This document shows positions 8,022 through 16,722 of a stretch of 64,000 nucleotides of DNA, piece by piece. The notes beneath the pieces were generated by a model that did not search any database, was not told the DNA's origin, and saw only the letters and a program-made list of their open reading frames with translations. The stretch comes from Thermoplasmata archaeon (GTDB taxonomy: Archaea > Thermoplasmatota > Thermoplasmata > Lutacidiplasmatales > UBA184): positions 5,899-69,898 of the forward strand of contig DASPOD010000020.1 of assembly GCA_035626215.1 (NCBI GenBank), in the 5' to 3' direction. A program made the translations under genes and the position numbers. Each line of letters opens with the position of its first letter. The first letter of the stretch is position 1.

Positions 8022-8951
8022 ATGAGACTTAGAGAAGGCGACGTCGGCGGGGGAACCCTCGTCGCGTTTCGCCGCATCCGTCGGGTCTACCGCAACTGGT
8101 TCTCGGTTCTCGGGGCCTACGCGCTCAAACGGGACCCGAAATATATCGAGCTCCGGGATGGGAAGCGCATCGCCTTCGGTGACCCGCCCCGGTTTGATCG
8201 TTGGCTCGCGGTCCAACTTCTACCTCGGCTCCTGGACGTCGGATGGACCATCGACACGCTCGACCGTACCCATGCGCGGCTCAGCCACGCCGGGGAACGG
8301 CTCCGATTCACCTGCCGGTTCTTGGGCAAGTGGTCGGACATTATCCCGCTCAGCGAGGTCTACGTCGACAAGGTCTACTCGGGCGACTTTCGGGGAAAGA
8401 CGGTGCTTGACGTCGGAATGGCGGACGGGGATTCCGCGGTCTACTTCGCGCGCTCCGGCGCGTCCCGCGTCATCGCGGTGGAACCCCTACCCGAAACCTA
8501 CGCGCTCGCGCTCGAGAACCTGCGGGAGAATGGGGTGGAACAAACCGTGGTTCCGATACAGGGTGCGGTGCTCTCGGAGCAAGGACCGATCGAGATCCGC
8601 GTCCCGTCGGATGCTCCGAACCAAAGCAGCGCCGCGCCCGACCGAGATCAGAACCGTGTGGAGTTTGACCGCACCATCTCCGTCCAGACCTACACCCTCT
8701 CGGACCTGATGAAGGCGGGCGGAGTGGACCGTCTCGACTTCGTGAAGATGGATTGCGAGGGTTGCGAATACTCGTTCCTCCGTTCGCTGGCGGAGGAGGA
8801 TTTCGCGCGGATCGGGCGGTTCGTTCTCGAGTACCATGATGGCCCCCACGACCTTATCGACATCCTTCAATCCCACGGCTTCCGGGTGACCTCGCGAGGC
8901 AACGGCATCGGGATCTTGGATGCCCGACGAAGTTCGAGCCCCATCTCGTAG
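8022..8951 (+). CDS. FkbM-family SAM-dependent methyltransferase
   Basis: VLDVGMADGDSAVYFARSGASRVIAVEP (motif I) and LDFVKMDCEGCEYSFL (the FkbM-type MDxEGxE). Start uncertain: ATG 8022 chosen, with alternatives ATG 7998 and TTG 7941. Confidence 0.8.
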   Translation: MRLREGDVGGGTLVAFRRIRRVYRNWFSVLGAYALKRDPKYIELRDGKRIAFGDPPRFDRWLAVQLLPRLLDVGWTIDTLDRTHARLSHAGERLRFTCRFLGKWSDIIPLSEVYVDKVYSGDFRGKTVLDVGMADGDSAVYFARSGASRVIAVEPLPETYALALENLRENGVEQTVVPIQGAVLSEQGPIEIRVPSDAPNQSSAAPDRDQNRVEFDRTISVQTYTLSDLMKAGGVDRLDFVKMDCEGCEYSFLRSLAEEDFARIGRFVLEYHDGPHDLIDILQSHGFRVTSRGNGIGILDARRSSSPIS

Positions 8952-9343
8952 AGCGGTTGTTGCCATTCTCGTGAGCCCGAGGCTGGCCCGAGCGGTGGCA
9001 GGGCCCGTTTGGTTACCCGGGTCGGGAATGTCCGCCGGTGTTGGTGTTCGGAGCGCCAGGGAGAGCGGATGAACGCGAAACTCACGGCGTCAGCCGCCGC
9101 TCCGGCGCCCGTCGCCGCGAAGGACACCGCAGACTCCGATGCGCACGCAACCCAGCCGCAACGCTTCGTCACGGTCCTCATCTCGTCCGGACCCAGCATC
9201 GCTGGGACGCGGTGGCCTCGATTACGTTATCCCGCGCCGGGCGAGATAGAATGGGTCCGTGCAGTGTTCGCCTACCTCGGGTCCCGGACGCTTGCATTCC
9301 CCAGTAGAGAAGGAGCATATAGTGGCCGACCGGTCGCGGCAAC

Positions 9344-10654
9344 ATGGCTCGACGATTGACCGGATCGGAGAGTCTTCGCGTCTTGGTCGTTCTGGTGGTG
9401 GCTCTCAGCTTGAGTGCCCTGCTCGCGCCGAACGGCTTCGGGGCCAACCCAAGGTCGTCACCTTCGTTTCGCTCCGCGTCAGAGTCTCGCCCGCTCGAGT
9501 CCCGCCTCGCGTCGACGATGGCAGCTCTCCCATCGGGGACGAACTGGAACTGGGTGGTGACAACTCCCCCCAAGGCACCTTCGCCTCGCGCCGGCGCCGC
9601 GATGGTGTACGATGGGGCGGACGGGTACACGCTCCTGTTCGGTGGATGTCCGTCCTGGGGCGGGGATTACTGGACTCACCAGTGCACCGCGGTCGGGGAC
9701 ACGTGGGAGTTGACGAACGGCCTGTGGACGAACCTCACCTTGTCGTTGTCCGGCCCGTCGCCGCCTGCCCGGTTCGACGCGGGGATCGCCTATGACAGTG
9801 TGGACCACGTCGTGGTGCTGTTTGGCGGCATCGATGGCGCGACGGTCTACCATGACACTTGGACGTACGCCGGCGGTCGCTGGACGCAAGTGCATCCGAG
9901 CTCGAGCCCCTCCGCCCGGTTCGCGCCGGGTATGGCGGCGGCCGAAGCCGGAGGGGTCCTTCTGTTCGGTGGGGCGAACAGCACCCTGAATTCGATCGTG
10001 TACAACGACACCTGGTCCTACGTCGGGGGCGCTTGGAGCCAACTATCGACCCGGAGCGCCCCAGCTCAGCGGTTCTCCATGGCCTTGGACTACGACCCCG
10101 CCGGGGCGTTTGACCTGATGTACGGTGGATGGAACGCGACGACGCCCGGTTCGTTCAGCGACACCTGGATCTTTGCGGACGGAGCGTGGACGGAGCTCTT
10201 CCCGAGGTCCAGTCCCCCCGCCGAGAACTACCCGACCATGGCGTTCGACCCCCGGGCCGACGCCATGATCATGACGGGGGGTCACACGGGCTACAACGTC
10301 TACGCCGCGACGTGGGCTTACAATGTCTCGACTGGGTGGGCGTTTGTCTCGACCCCGACGACTCCCATCCCGTCCTGGGGACTTTCGTTGAGCTACGACC
10401 CTTCCACGGGCGGCGTCTGGCTGTTCGGAGGCTATTACGCGACGGTGGCTCCCTACGGAGTATATCTCAACTTCACGTGGGAGTTCGTCTCGGTTTCCTC
10501 GCCTCCTTCGTCGAGCTCAACATCGTTCTCGTGGCTGACGTTCGGGGAAGGGGCGCTCGCGGGCGCGGCGGTCGCCGGGGCCGTCGCGGCGGGAGTGTTC
10601 TTGACGCGCCCGAAGCGTCCTCCGTCCACGGTCCCACCGGGCCCGTGGAAGTGA
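9344..10654 (+). CDS. Secreted Kelch-repeat (beta-propeller) protein with Ser-rich linker and C-terminal TM anchor
   Basis: N-terminal signal-like LRVLVVLVVALSLSALLAP. Repeated units of the type PSPRxGAAMVYD...LLFGG...DTWxY..G.W. Many N-x-S/T sequons. C-terminal SSPPSSSSTS followed by GALAGAAVAGAVAAGVFL and a basic tail. Confidence 0.85.
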   Translation: MARRLTGSESLRVLVVLVVALSLSALLAPNGFGANPRSSPSFRSASESRPLESRLASTMAALPSGTNWNWVVTTPPKAPSPRAGAAMVYDGADGYTLLFGGCPSWGGDYWTHQCTAVGDTWELTNGLWTNLTLSLSGPSPPARFDAGIAYDSVDHVVVLFGGIDGATVYHDTWTYAGGRWTQVHPSSSPSARFAPGMAAAEAGGVLLFGGANSTLNSIVYNDTWSYVGGAWSQLSTRSAPAQRFSMALDYDPAGAFDLMYGGWNATTPGSFSDTWIFADGAWTELFPRSSPPAENYPTMAFDPRADAMIMTGGHTGYNVYAATWAYNVSTGWAFVSTPTTPIPSWGLSLSYDPSTGGVWLFGGYYATVAPYGVYLNFTWEFVSVSSPPSSSSTSFSWLTFGEGALAGAAVAGAVAAGVFLTRPKRPPSTVPPGPWK

Positions 10655-10772
10655 CGGCCGGGGGAGCGCTCGGGAACCAAGGGCGATCGATCCGTATCAT
10701 GGCCATCCGGGGCCATCCCGGGCTTTCTTGCCGAGCAGGCTCCGGCACGCTATCGTCATTCGGGTTCTACCG

Positions 10773-10779
10773 TTATATC
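10773..10779 (+). promoter_or_regulatory. TATA-like box (TTATATC) for the SCP2/ADH/ALDH operon
   Basis: A/T-rich box 25-31 nt upstream of the ATG at 10804, which suggests a leaderless or near-leaderless mRNA. Confidence 0.4.
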
Positions 10780-10803
10780 GAGGTGCATCCTTTTCGGAGC
10801 GAT

Positions 10804-11208
10804 ATGGCGAAGTTCCCGAGCGCGGAATGGCTCGCCGAATACGTCACCAAGTTAAACGCGAACCCGAACTACGAAGACGCGGGCCGAAAGTGGGAGGGCG
10901 CCATGACATTCGTCGTCAAAAAGGACCCGTCGTTCGAAAAGGACGCCTACCTTTACATGGACCTCTTTCACGGTAAATGCCGCGCATCTCAGTTCTCCTT
11001 CGTGCTCGAGGAGCTCCCGCCGGCCCAGTACAAGTACATCGGACCGTTCACAAACTGGAAGCGTCTCATCAACAAGGAGATTGACCCGATTCAGGGGATT
11101 CTGACGGGGAAGTTCAAGCTCGAAGGCTCGATGATGACGATCATGCGATTCACCCGAGCCGCCAAGGAGATGGTGGCCACGACATCGCAGGTCGCGACCG
11201 AATTCTGA
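10804..11208 (+). CDS. SCP2 (sterol-carrier-like) domain protein
   Basis: 134 aa from the in-frame ATG at 10804. C-terminal GILTGKFKLEGSMMTIMRFTRAAKEM matches the SCP2 GKlKieGdmmkamkl pattern. The upstream part of the track ORF is R/G-rich and overlaps the Kelch gene. Confidence 0.8.
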   Translation: MAKFPSAEWLAEYVTKLNANPNYEDAGRKWEGAMTFVVKKDPSFEKDAYLYMDLFHGKCRASQFSFVLEELPPAQYKYIGPFTNWKRLINKEIDPIQGILTGKFKLEGSMMTIMRFTRAAKEMVATTSQVATEF

Positions 11209-11217
11209 CGGCGACGG

Positions 11218-12360
11218 ATGTGGTTCTTTCGTTCCCCTACGGTCATCTTCGGGGACGAAGCCCTCTCGTACCTTAGCAGTCTCCCTATCCATCGGGCGCT
11301 GATCGTCACCGACCGCCATCTACGATCCACCGAGATCCCGGAGACAGTACGCCGAGCCCTCCCGGAGGGGGCGCAATCGCTCGTGCTCAGCGACGTGGGC
11401 GAAGAGCCGGACCTCGCTGAGATGACCCCCCACCTCGACGAGATCCGGCGTTTCGCCCCCGACTGGATTATCGGGGTCGGCGGGGGCTCGTCGCTCGACA
11501 CCGCCAAAATCCTGTTCGTACTGTATGAGCGGCCGGATCTCACCGTCTACGACACGACCCCGTTGCAGCCGCTCAAGCTCCGGTCGAAAAGCCGGCTCAT
11601 CGCGATCCCCACGACGAGCGGTACCGGCTCCGAATGCACGTGGGCTGCGGTGCTCTCCGAGCGCGCCGAGAGGCGCAAGCACGAACTCGCGTCACCCGAG
11701 ATCATTCCGGACTACGCGATCCTGGACCCCGAGTTGGTGCTCTCCCTGCCGCTCGAGCAGACCCGGAACACGGCGGTGGATGCGATCACCCATGCCATCG
11801 AGGGCTACGTGAGCCAGTGGAAGAACCCTTTTTCCGACGCGATGTCGGAGAAAGCGCTCGAGCTCATTCTCGGGAGCCTCGCCACCGTGGTGAAGGAACC
11901 CGGGAACCGTCCGGCCCGCACGGCGGTTCACATCGGTGCCTCGATGGCCGGCCTGTCGTTTTCGAACTCGCAGATCGGTCTCGCGCATGCCCTCGGCCAC
12001 GCGCTGGGGGCTCGATACAAGACTCCGCACGGTAAGGCCGTCGGAATCTTCCTGCCCCTGGTGGTCGAATTCAATCAGCCCGTCTGCGAACAACGGTTCG
12101 AGCGATTGAATCGCTTGTTTCCCACCGAAGTGCGGGCCGGAACCCTGGCCGAATCTCTCCGCGGTCTTCTTCGCTCGATCGGCCAGGACGCGACCGTGGC
12201 GTCACTCGGTGTGCTGCGGGAGGAGTACTTCGGCGCGCTCGAGGAGCTCGCCTCGCTCGCCGCGGAATCGACCGGGCTCGTGACCAACCCGCGGGACTCC
12301 GGAACGGCCGAACTCAAGGAGCTCCTCATGAGGGCGTACACGGGAGGGGGACCATCGTGA
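11218..12360 (+). CDS. Iron-containing (group III) alcohol dehydrogenase
   Basis: GVGGGSSLDTAKILF glycine motif, and His-rich metal-site region AITHAIEGY...GLAHALGHALG. Confidence 0.9.
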   Translation: MWFFRSPTVIFGDEALSYLSSLPIHRALIVTDRHLRSTEIPETVRRALPEGAQSLVLSDVGEEPDLAEMTPHLDEIRRFAPDWIIGVGGGSSLDTAKILFVLYERPDLTVYDTTPLQPLKLRSKSRLIAIPTTSGTGSECTWAAVLSERAERRKHELASPEIIPDYAILDPELVLSLPLEQTRNTAVDAITHAIEGYVSQWKNPFSDAMSEKALELILGSLATVVKEPGNRPARTAVHIGASMAGLSFSNSQIGLAHALGHALGARYKTPHGKAVGIFLPLVVEFNQPVCEQRFERLNRLFPTEVRAGTLAESLRGLLRSIGQDATVASLGVLREEYFGALEELASLAAESTGLVTNPRDSGTAELKELLMRAYTGGGPS

Positions 12361-13841
12361 CGGTATCACGGTACGGGAACTGGGTGGACGGACGCGAGGA
12401 TTTTGAGGGCGAGGCCCACGTGCTGAAAAGCCCCGCGGACGGGCGCGAGGTCGCGAGCGTGGCCTACGCGTCCGCTTCCAAGGCCGGAGAAGCGGTCGTG
12501 GCGGCCCAGCGTGCGGCCCGGTCGTGGAGGAGCATCTCCTTGGCCGACCGGCAGCACCTAATCGCCCGACTGACGGACCGGGTGCAGTCCCGGGCCGACA
12601 CGTACGCGTTCCTCGAGTCCGCCAACACTGGCAAGACCCTCCGTCAGAGCACCCTCATGGACATCCCGCTCGGAATCGACAACCTCCGCTACTTCGCCAC
12701 GACGCGGGAATTCGTTCCGGAGCGTACGATCGAACATCCCGAGTTCCCCGGCACGCGCGGGATCATCCAGTACGTTCCGATGGGCGTCGTCGGCGCGATC
12801 GCCCCGTGGAATGTGCCGTTCCTGATGGCGGTATGGAAACTCGCTCCCGCGCTGCTCGCGGGCAACACGGTCGTCCTGAAGCCATCCCACTACACGCCGC
12901 TAACGGCCCTCGAGCTGGGCCGGGATGCGACCGCCGTGGGCTTCCCGCCCGGAGTCGTCAACGTCGTTACGGGGACAGGGTCGGTCGTCGGCGATGCCCT
13001 TCTCAAGGACCCGAACGTGAACATGGTGAGCTTCACCGGCTCGACCAAGACCGGCCTCGAACTCATGGGCCGGGCGGTAGGTCTTAAGAAATTCACGATG
13101 GAGCTGGGTGGAAAATCTCCCAACGTCGTCTTTGCGGACGCCGACCTTGAGCAGGCGGCGAAAGGGGTCCTTTTCGGCATCTACCTCAACTCGGGCCAGT
13201 TGTGCGAGTCGGGGAGCCGATTGATCGTGGAATCATCGATTCGGGACCCGTTCCTCCGGCGGCTCTGTGATCTCTTGGACCGGATGCGCCCCGGAAACCC
13301 GATGGACATGGAAACGGACATCAGCGCGATCACTACCGAGGTGCAGAGGCGGAAAATCGAGACCCTGGTCGACGCAGGGGTCTCCGCCGGCGCGAAGGTC
13401 CGATATCGAAAGGACCTCGCGGGCCTCACCCCTTCGGGCGGACTATACTACCCGCCCACCCTGCTCACGGACGTGCGCGACGACATGGTGGTCGCTCGGG
13501 AGGAAATCTTCGGCCCAGTCCTCTCGGTGATGGAATTCGCCACCGAAGCCGAAGCGGTCGAGATCGCCAATCGCACCGACTACGGCCTTGCCGCCGGAGT
13601 GTGGACCACGGACCTCCCCAAGGCGGAGCGCGTCGCCGCCCAGATCGACGCAGGGACGGTTTGGGTGAACGAGTATCACCTGCTGAGCGCAGCGGCTCCG
13701 CGAGGGGGGTTCAAGAACAGCGGGATCGGCCGCGAGCTGGGACTCGAGGGGGTTCTCGAGTGCACTCAGACCCGGCATATTTTCGTCAACCCCGAGCGGA
13801 GCGACATGGACGATGTCGCGTACGGGCTCATCCTCCCGTAG
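12357..13841 (+). CDS. NAD(P)-dependent aldehyde dehydrogenase
   Basis: MELGGKSPNVVFADADL, GQLCESGSRL (catalytic Cys) and EEIFGPVLSV. GTGA overlap with the ADH stop. Confidence 0.95.
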   Translation: MTVSRYGNWVDGREDFEGEAHVLKSPADGREVASVAYASASKAGEAVVAAQRAARSWRSISLADRQHLIARLTDRVQSRADTYAFLESANTGKTLRQSTLMDIPLGIDNLRYFATTREFVPERTIEHPEFPGTRGIIQYVPMGVVGAIAPWNVPFLMAVWKLAPALLAGNTVVLKPSHYTPLTALELGRDATAVGFPPGVVNVVTGTGSVVGDALLKDPNVNMVSFTGSTKTGLELMGRAVGLKKFTMELGGKSPNVVFADADLEQAAKGVLFGIYLNSGQLCESGSRLIVESSIRDPFLRRLCDLLDRMRPGNPMDMETDISAITTEVQRRKIETLVDAGVSAGAKVRYRKDLAGLTPSGGLYYPPTLLTDVRDDMVVAREEIFGPVLSVMEFATEAEAVEIANRTDYGLAAGVWTTDLPKAERVAAQIDAGTVWVNEYHLLSAAAPRGGFKNSGIGRELGLEGVLECTQTRHIFVNPERSDMDDVAYGLILP

Positions 13842-13926
13842 GCGGCTCCACCTCGCGCAACCCCCGGGGCCAGCCGCTCGGCTCCCCGCCGGAGCTATCG
13901 AGCCTATTTCCGGGTTTGAACCAATT

Positions 13927-13934
13927 CCTTAAAC
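13927..13934 (+). promoter_or_regulatory. TATA-like box CCTTAAAC
   Basis: Centre lies about 28 nt upstream of the GTG start at 13959. The same octamer recurs at 41214-41221 upstream of another start. Confidence 0.4.
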
Positions 13935-13958
13935 CGTCGGGACAGCGTCCGCCCCGCC

Positions 13959-14237
13959 GTGGGGCTCGAGGAACTTTTCGTGGCGGTCCTGATCGTGGGG
14001 ATCTCGTGCGTGAACGCTGCGCCCCCCGCCGCGGCGTGGTGGCGGTCGAAGGACGGCCGATTCCTGTTCTTGTCCGCCGCGAACGCCTTCCTCGCTCTGC
14101 TCGGGGCCGTGTGGACGTGGGGACAGCTCCCCGTAAATCCGCCCACGTGGGCCTCAGCCGGGCTTCCGGTGTCGCTTCTCGTGCTGGTCGTCACGCTCCT
14201 CTTCCTCGCGACCACGCTTTGGCCCCGACGTACGTGA
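13959..14237 (+). CDS. Small integral membrane protein (92 aa, about 3 TM)
   Basis: Three hydrophobic segments. It ends 3 nt before the wHTH regulator gene, and a TATA-like box lies 28 nt upstream. Confidence 0.45.
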   Translation: MGLEELFVAVLIVGISCVNAAPPAAAWWRSKDGRFLFLSAANAFLALLGAVWTWGQLPVNPPTWASAGLPVSLLVLVVTLLFLATTLWPRRT

Positions 14238-14240
14238 GCG

Positions 14241-14768
14241 ATGGAAGAGGACCTGCTCGCGCTTCCGACTCGACGCCGGCTCTATGACGTCGTCCGTCGC
14301 TCTCCGGGGATCGCGGCGCGTGAGGTCCAGCGTCAAGCGGGTACCGGTTGGGGCGAGACGGTCTACCACCTCGACCGGTTGACCCAGGCACATCTCCTCC
14401 AGCGAGAACGGTCCGGCCATCAAGACCACTACTTCGTCGCCGCGGTTCCCCTCGCCGATCGGGGTCTCCTGCGATTGACTCGCTCGCCCTCCGCCCGACG
14501 GTTACTTATCGCGTTGCTCGAAGAGCCGAATCGCACCGTTCCGGACCTCACGGAGCGCACGGGTCTGAGCGCGGGGCGCGTTTCGGTGCACCTGAGTCGA
14601 CTCATGGAGCTCGGTATACTGCGGACCGGCCGGAGCGAACGGTTCCGCACGTTCAAAATCGAGGACCGCGAGCGCGTCATCCGCCTTCTCGTGAGCTATC
14701 GAGAAGGCCTTGCCGACGAGTGGGTGGAACGCCTCCTCGCAACGTGGTCGGAGCTTCTCCGGACCTGA
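14241..14768 (+). CDS. ArsR-like transcriptional regulator with two winged-helix units
   Basis: RRRLYDVVRRSPGIAAREVQRQAGTGWGETVYHLDRLTQAHLL and ARRLLIALLEEPNRTVPDLTERTGLSAGRVSVHLSRLMELGIL both fit the ArsR/TrmB-type wHTH pattern. Confidence 0.75.
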   Translation: MEEDLLALPTRRRLYDVVRRSPGIAAREVQRQAGTGWGETVYHLDRLTQAHLLQRERSGHQDHYFVAAVPLADRGLLRLTRSPSARRLLIALLEEPNRTVPDLTERTGLSAGRVSVHLSRLMELGILRTGRSERFRTFKIEDRERVIRLLVSYREGLADEWVERLLATWSELLRT

Positions 14769-14838
14769 CCGTCGCGGGTTTGGACCAATCGATTCCGACC
14801 TTGCACCAAAAACGGGGTGACCCCCCTCGGCCATCGAG

Positions 14839-15834
14839 ATGCCGCCGATGAGCGAAACTCGAACGGTTCGTTTCCATCACCGAACCCGATGGAACGGGAG
14901 GACCGCGAGCGGTTCCCTCGTGGTCGCGGTCGCGGCCGCGCTCGTCGTACTCAGCCCGACGGCGGCGGCCTCGTCCTACCGGACAACGGACCCGATCGCA
15001 TGGTCAAACGGAATCGTCCTCTGTCAGTTCGCCCCGGGGTCTCCCTCGGTCGCAGTCTCGCATTCGGGCGTCAGCGGAACGGGCGTGACCGTCTCGCTCT
15101 CGAGCCTGGTCGAAGCCACACCAGCTCAGTCCACCGTAGGATCGGCGAATCTGAGCGGACTGACGTGGTCGGTCGCGAACCTCTCGACCGAAGACGCGTA
15201 CGACCTTGAGTACTCGGCCTATGCCGCGGTCGTCACCAACTCGAGCCCTCCCTCTTCGATCGGAGGGGTGGAGCTGCTCGTGCAGTTCGTACTCCCCGCG
15301 TACCGAGGTTCCCCGGAAGGCTCGACGGACCAGGTGTCGGTGGAGATTTCGGTCGTGAACTGGACTTGGCAGAGCGGGAGCGACCATCTGGTGCTCGCGT
15401 TCGCCGTAGCCCCGAGCTTTCCGACTTCGGAACACCTGAATGCGACCGCGGCACGGGGTTGGCTCCTCGCGAGCACGTCCAACGATTCCGGCCAAGTCCT
15501 CGAACAGGTAGGCGCCAACGCATCGGCGGAGGTCACCCCCCGATCGGGGCCGACCGCCACGGTCGCCGCGAACGCGACGGTGGAGATTCCCTCTCCATCT
15601 TGGGGGGAACTCTCGGTGGCATTCGGGGATTCCGCTGGGGCGTACACCTCGCTCTCGTACGAGGCCCAGGTAGGCATCGAGATCCCGTCCAAGGTCGTCG
15701 GTATCCCACTCTCGGAGTTCGTCGCGGCGGCGGCCGCGGGGGCGCTCGTGTCCGTCGCGGTCGCGGTCGTTACGCGTCGAATCCGGCGCCAGCCTTCGAA
15801 GCTGATCTACGTCGACAAGGAGGAGCGACCATGA
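14839..15834 (+). CDS. Hypothetical cell-surface protein (signal/TM at N-terminus, C-terminal TM anchor, many N-glycosylation sequons)
   Basis: N-terminal LVVAVAAALVVLSPTAAA, eight or more N-x-S/T sequons, and C-terminal AAAAAGALVSVAVAVV followed by RRIRR. I recognise no family. Confidence 0.6.
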   Translation: MPPMSETRTVRFHHRTRWNGRTASGSLVVAVAAALVVLSPTAAASSYRTTDPIAWSNGIVLCQFAPGSPSVAVSHSGVSGTGVTVSLSSLVEATPAQSTVGSANLSGLTWSVANLSTEDAYDLEYSAYAAVVTNSSPPSSIGGVELLVQFVLPAYRGSPEGSTDQVSVEISVVNWTWQSGSDHLVLAFAVAPSFPTSEHLNATAARGWLLASTSNDSGQVLEQVGANASAEVTPRSGPTATVAANATVEIPSPSWGELSVAFGDSAGAYTSLSYEAQVGIEIPSKVVGIPLSEFVAAAAAGALVSVAVAVVTRRIRRQPSKLIYVDKEERP

Positions 15835-16052
15835 ACGAAGGTGTCGAGCAGTGGCCGGAGCCGCTGGGAACACGATTGGTGCTTCGATGCGGGCACCGCT
15901 GGACGCTTCCTTGGGGCCTCTCGCCCGAAGTCGCGGCCGCGGAATTGCTGCGGCATGAATCGGCGTGCGACCTAGATCCCGGGGTTCCGTTTTCCGCGGG
16001 GCTCTGGCCTTCGCCCGGGACCTGGCTCGTTCTCGCGGAGGTCGGACCATGA
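15831..16052 (+). CDS. Small hypothetical protein (73 aa), translationally coupled on both sides
   Basis: Its ATG overlaps the upstream stop (ATGA at 15831-15834), and its stop overlaps the downstream start (ATGA at 16049-16052). No recognisable domain. Confidence 0.4.
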   Translation: MNEGVEQWPEPLGTRLVLRCGHRWTLPWGLSPEVAAAELLRHESACDLDPGVPFSAGLWPSPGTWLVLAEVGP

Positions 16053-16669
16053 TGGTCCGTCGGCGCTCCCGCGGGATCGTCGCCCTCGTGGGCCCGATCC
16101 TCGTGCTCATCCTGGCCGCGCTCGCGCCGGGGGCGGTCGCCGTCTCCGTGCACCCCGCAGCCTCCCCCACAACCTTCGTCGACCCGGCGGCGGAGTCGGT
16201 GACCGTGAACATCACCGCCACCGAAGACCTCAGTTTCGTGCCCGATTCGTTCACGGTCCTTCCCGGGGAAATCGTGCATCTCGTCGTAACTCAGGCGGCC
16301 GATTTTGAGCACACATTCACCCTCGCATCGTTGGCTAACTTCACTCTGCCGTCGTCCGACACCCCGAGCGAGGTGGCGGCATTCTTCAACGCTCAGGCGC
16401 CGATCGTGAACCTCTCCCTCGGTTCGACCGCCGGGAGTCAGCATACCGTCACGTTCACGGCACCGTCGACGCCCGGGAGCTACGAGTTCGTCTGTCTCGT
16501 CCACTTCCCCGAGATGACCGGGGAGATGATTGACTCGACCAGCACTCCGGCCGGCGCGTCGGGTGGTGGCGTCTCGACCGTTGAGGTGGTGGCGATCGGG
16601 GTCGCGATCGCGGCGGTCGTGATCGCTGCGGTGGTGGTCATCGTGCGGCGGGGCCACCGCGTGAGTTAG
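16049..16669 (+). CDS. Membrane-anchored cupredoxin (type-1 blue copper, halocyanin/plastocyanin-like)
   Basis: Signal-like N-terminus. Candidate Cu ligands are His in DFEHTF and C-x2-H-x3-M in YEFVCLVHFPEM. C-terminal TM VVAIGVAIAAVVIAAVVVIV followed by RRGHR. Confidence 0.7.
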   Translation: MMVRRRSRGIVALVGPILVLILAALAPGAVAVSVHPAASPTTFVDPAAESVTVNITATEDLSFVPDSFTVLPGEIVHLVVTQAADFEHTFTLASLANFTLPSSDTPSEVAAFFNAQAPIVNLSLGSTAGSQHTVTFTAPSTPGSYEFVCLVHFPEMTGEMIDSTSTPAGASGGGVSTVEVVAIGVAIAAVVIAAVVVIVRRGHRVS

Positions 16670-16722
16670 TTCCCGAGGTCCGACGGGGGTGGCGGCGGTC
16701 GATCGGTCGGGAGGGGGCATCC

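Noticed and set aside
8952-9343. Track ORFs 9009-9359 (+), 9038-9307 (+) and 8867-9199 (-) in the spacer upstream of the Kelch gene.
   Set aside because: They overlap one another, are R/A/P-rich, and have no motifs or start context. I treat the region as intergenic, with a GCATATAG box ~22 nt upstream of the Kelch ATG.
9344-16669. PGF-CTERM/archaeosortase sorting signals on the Kelch protein, the 14839 surface protein and the cupredoxin.
   Set aside because: All three end in a TM helix plus a basic tail, but none has the Pro-Gly-Phe tripeptide at the start of the helix. I call them plain C-terminal TM anchors.
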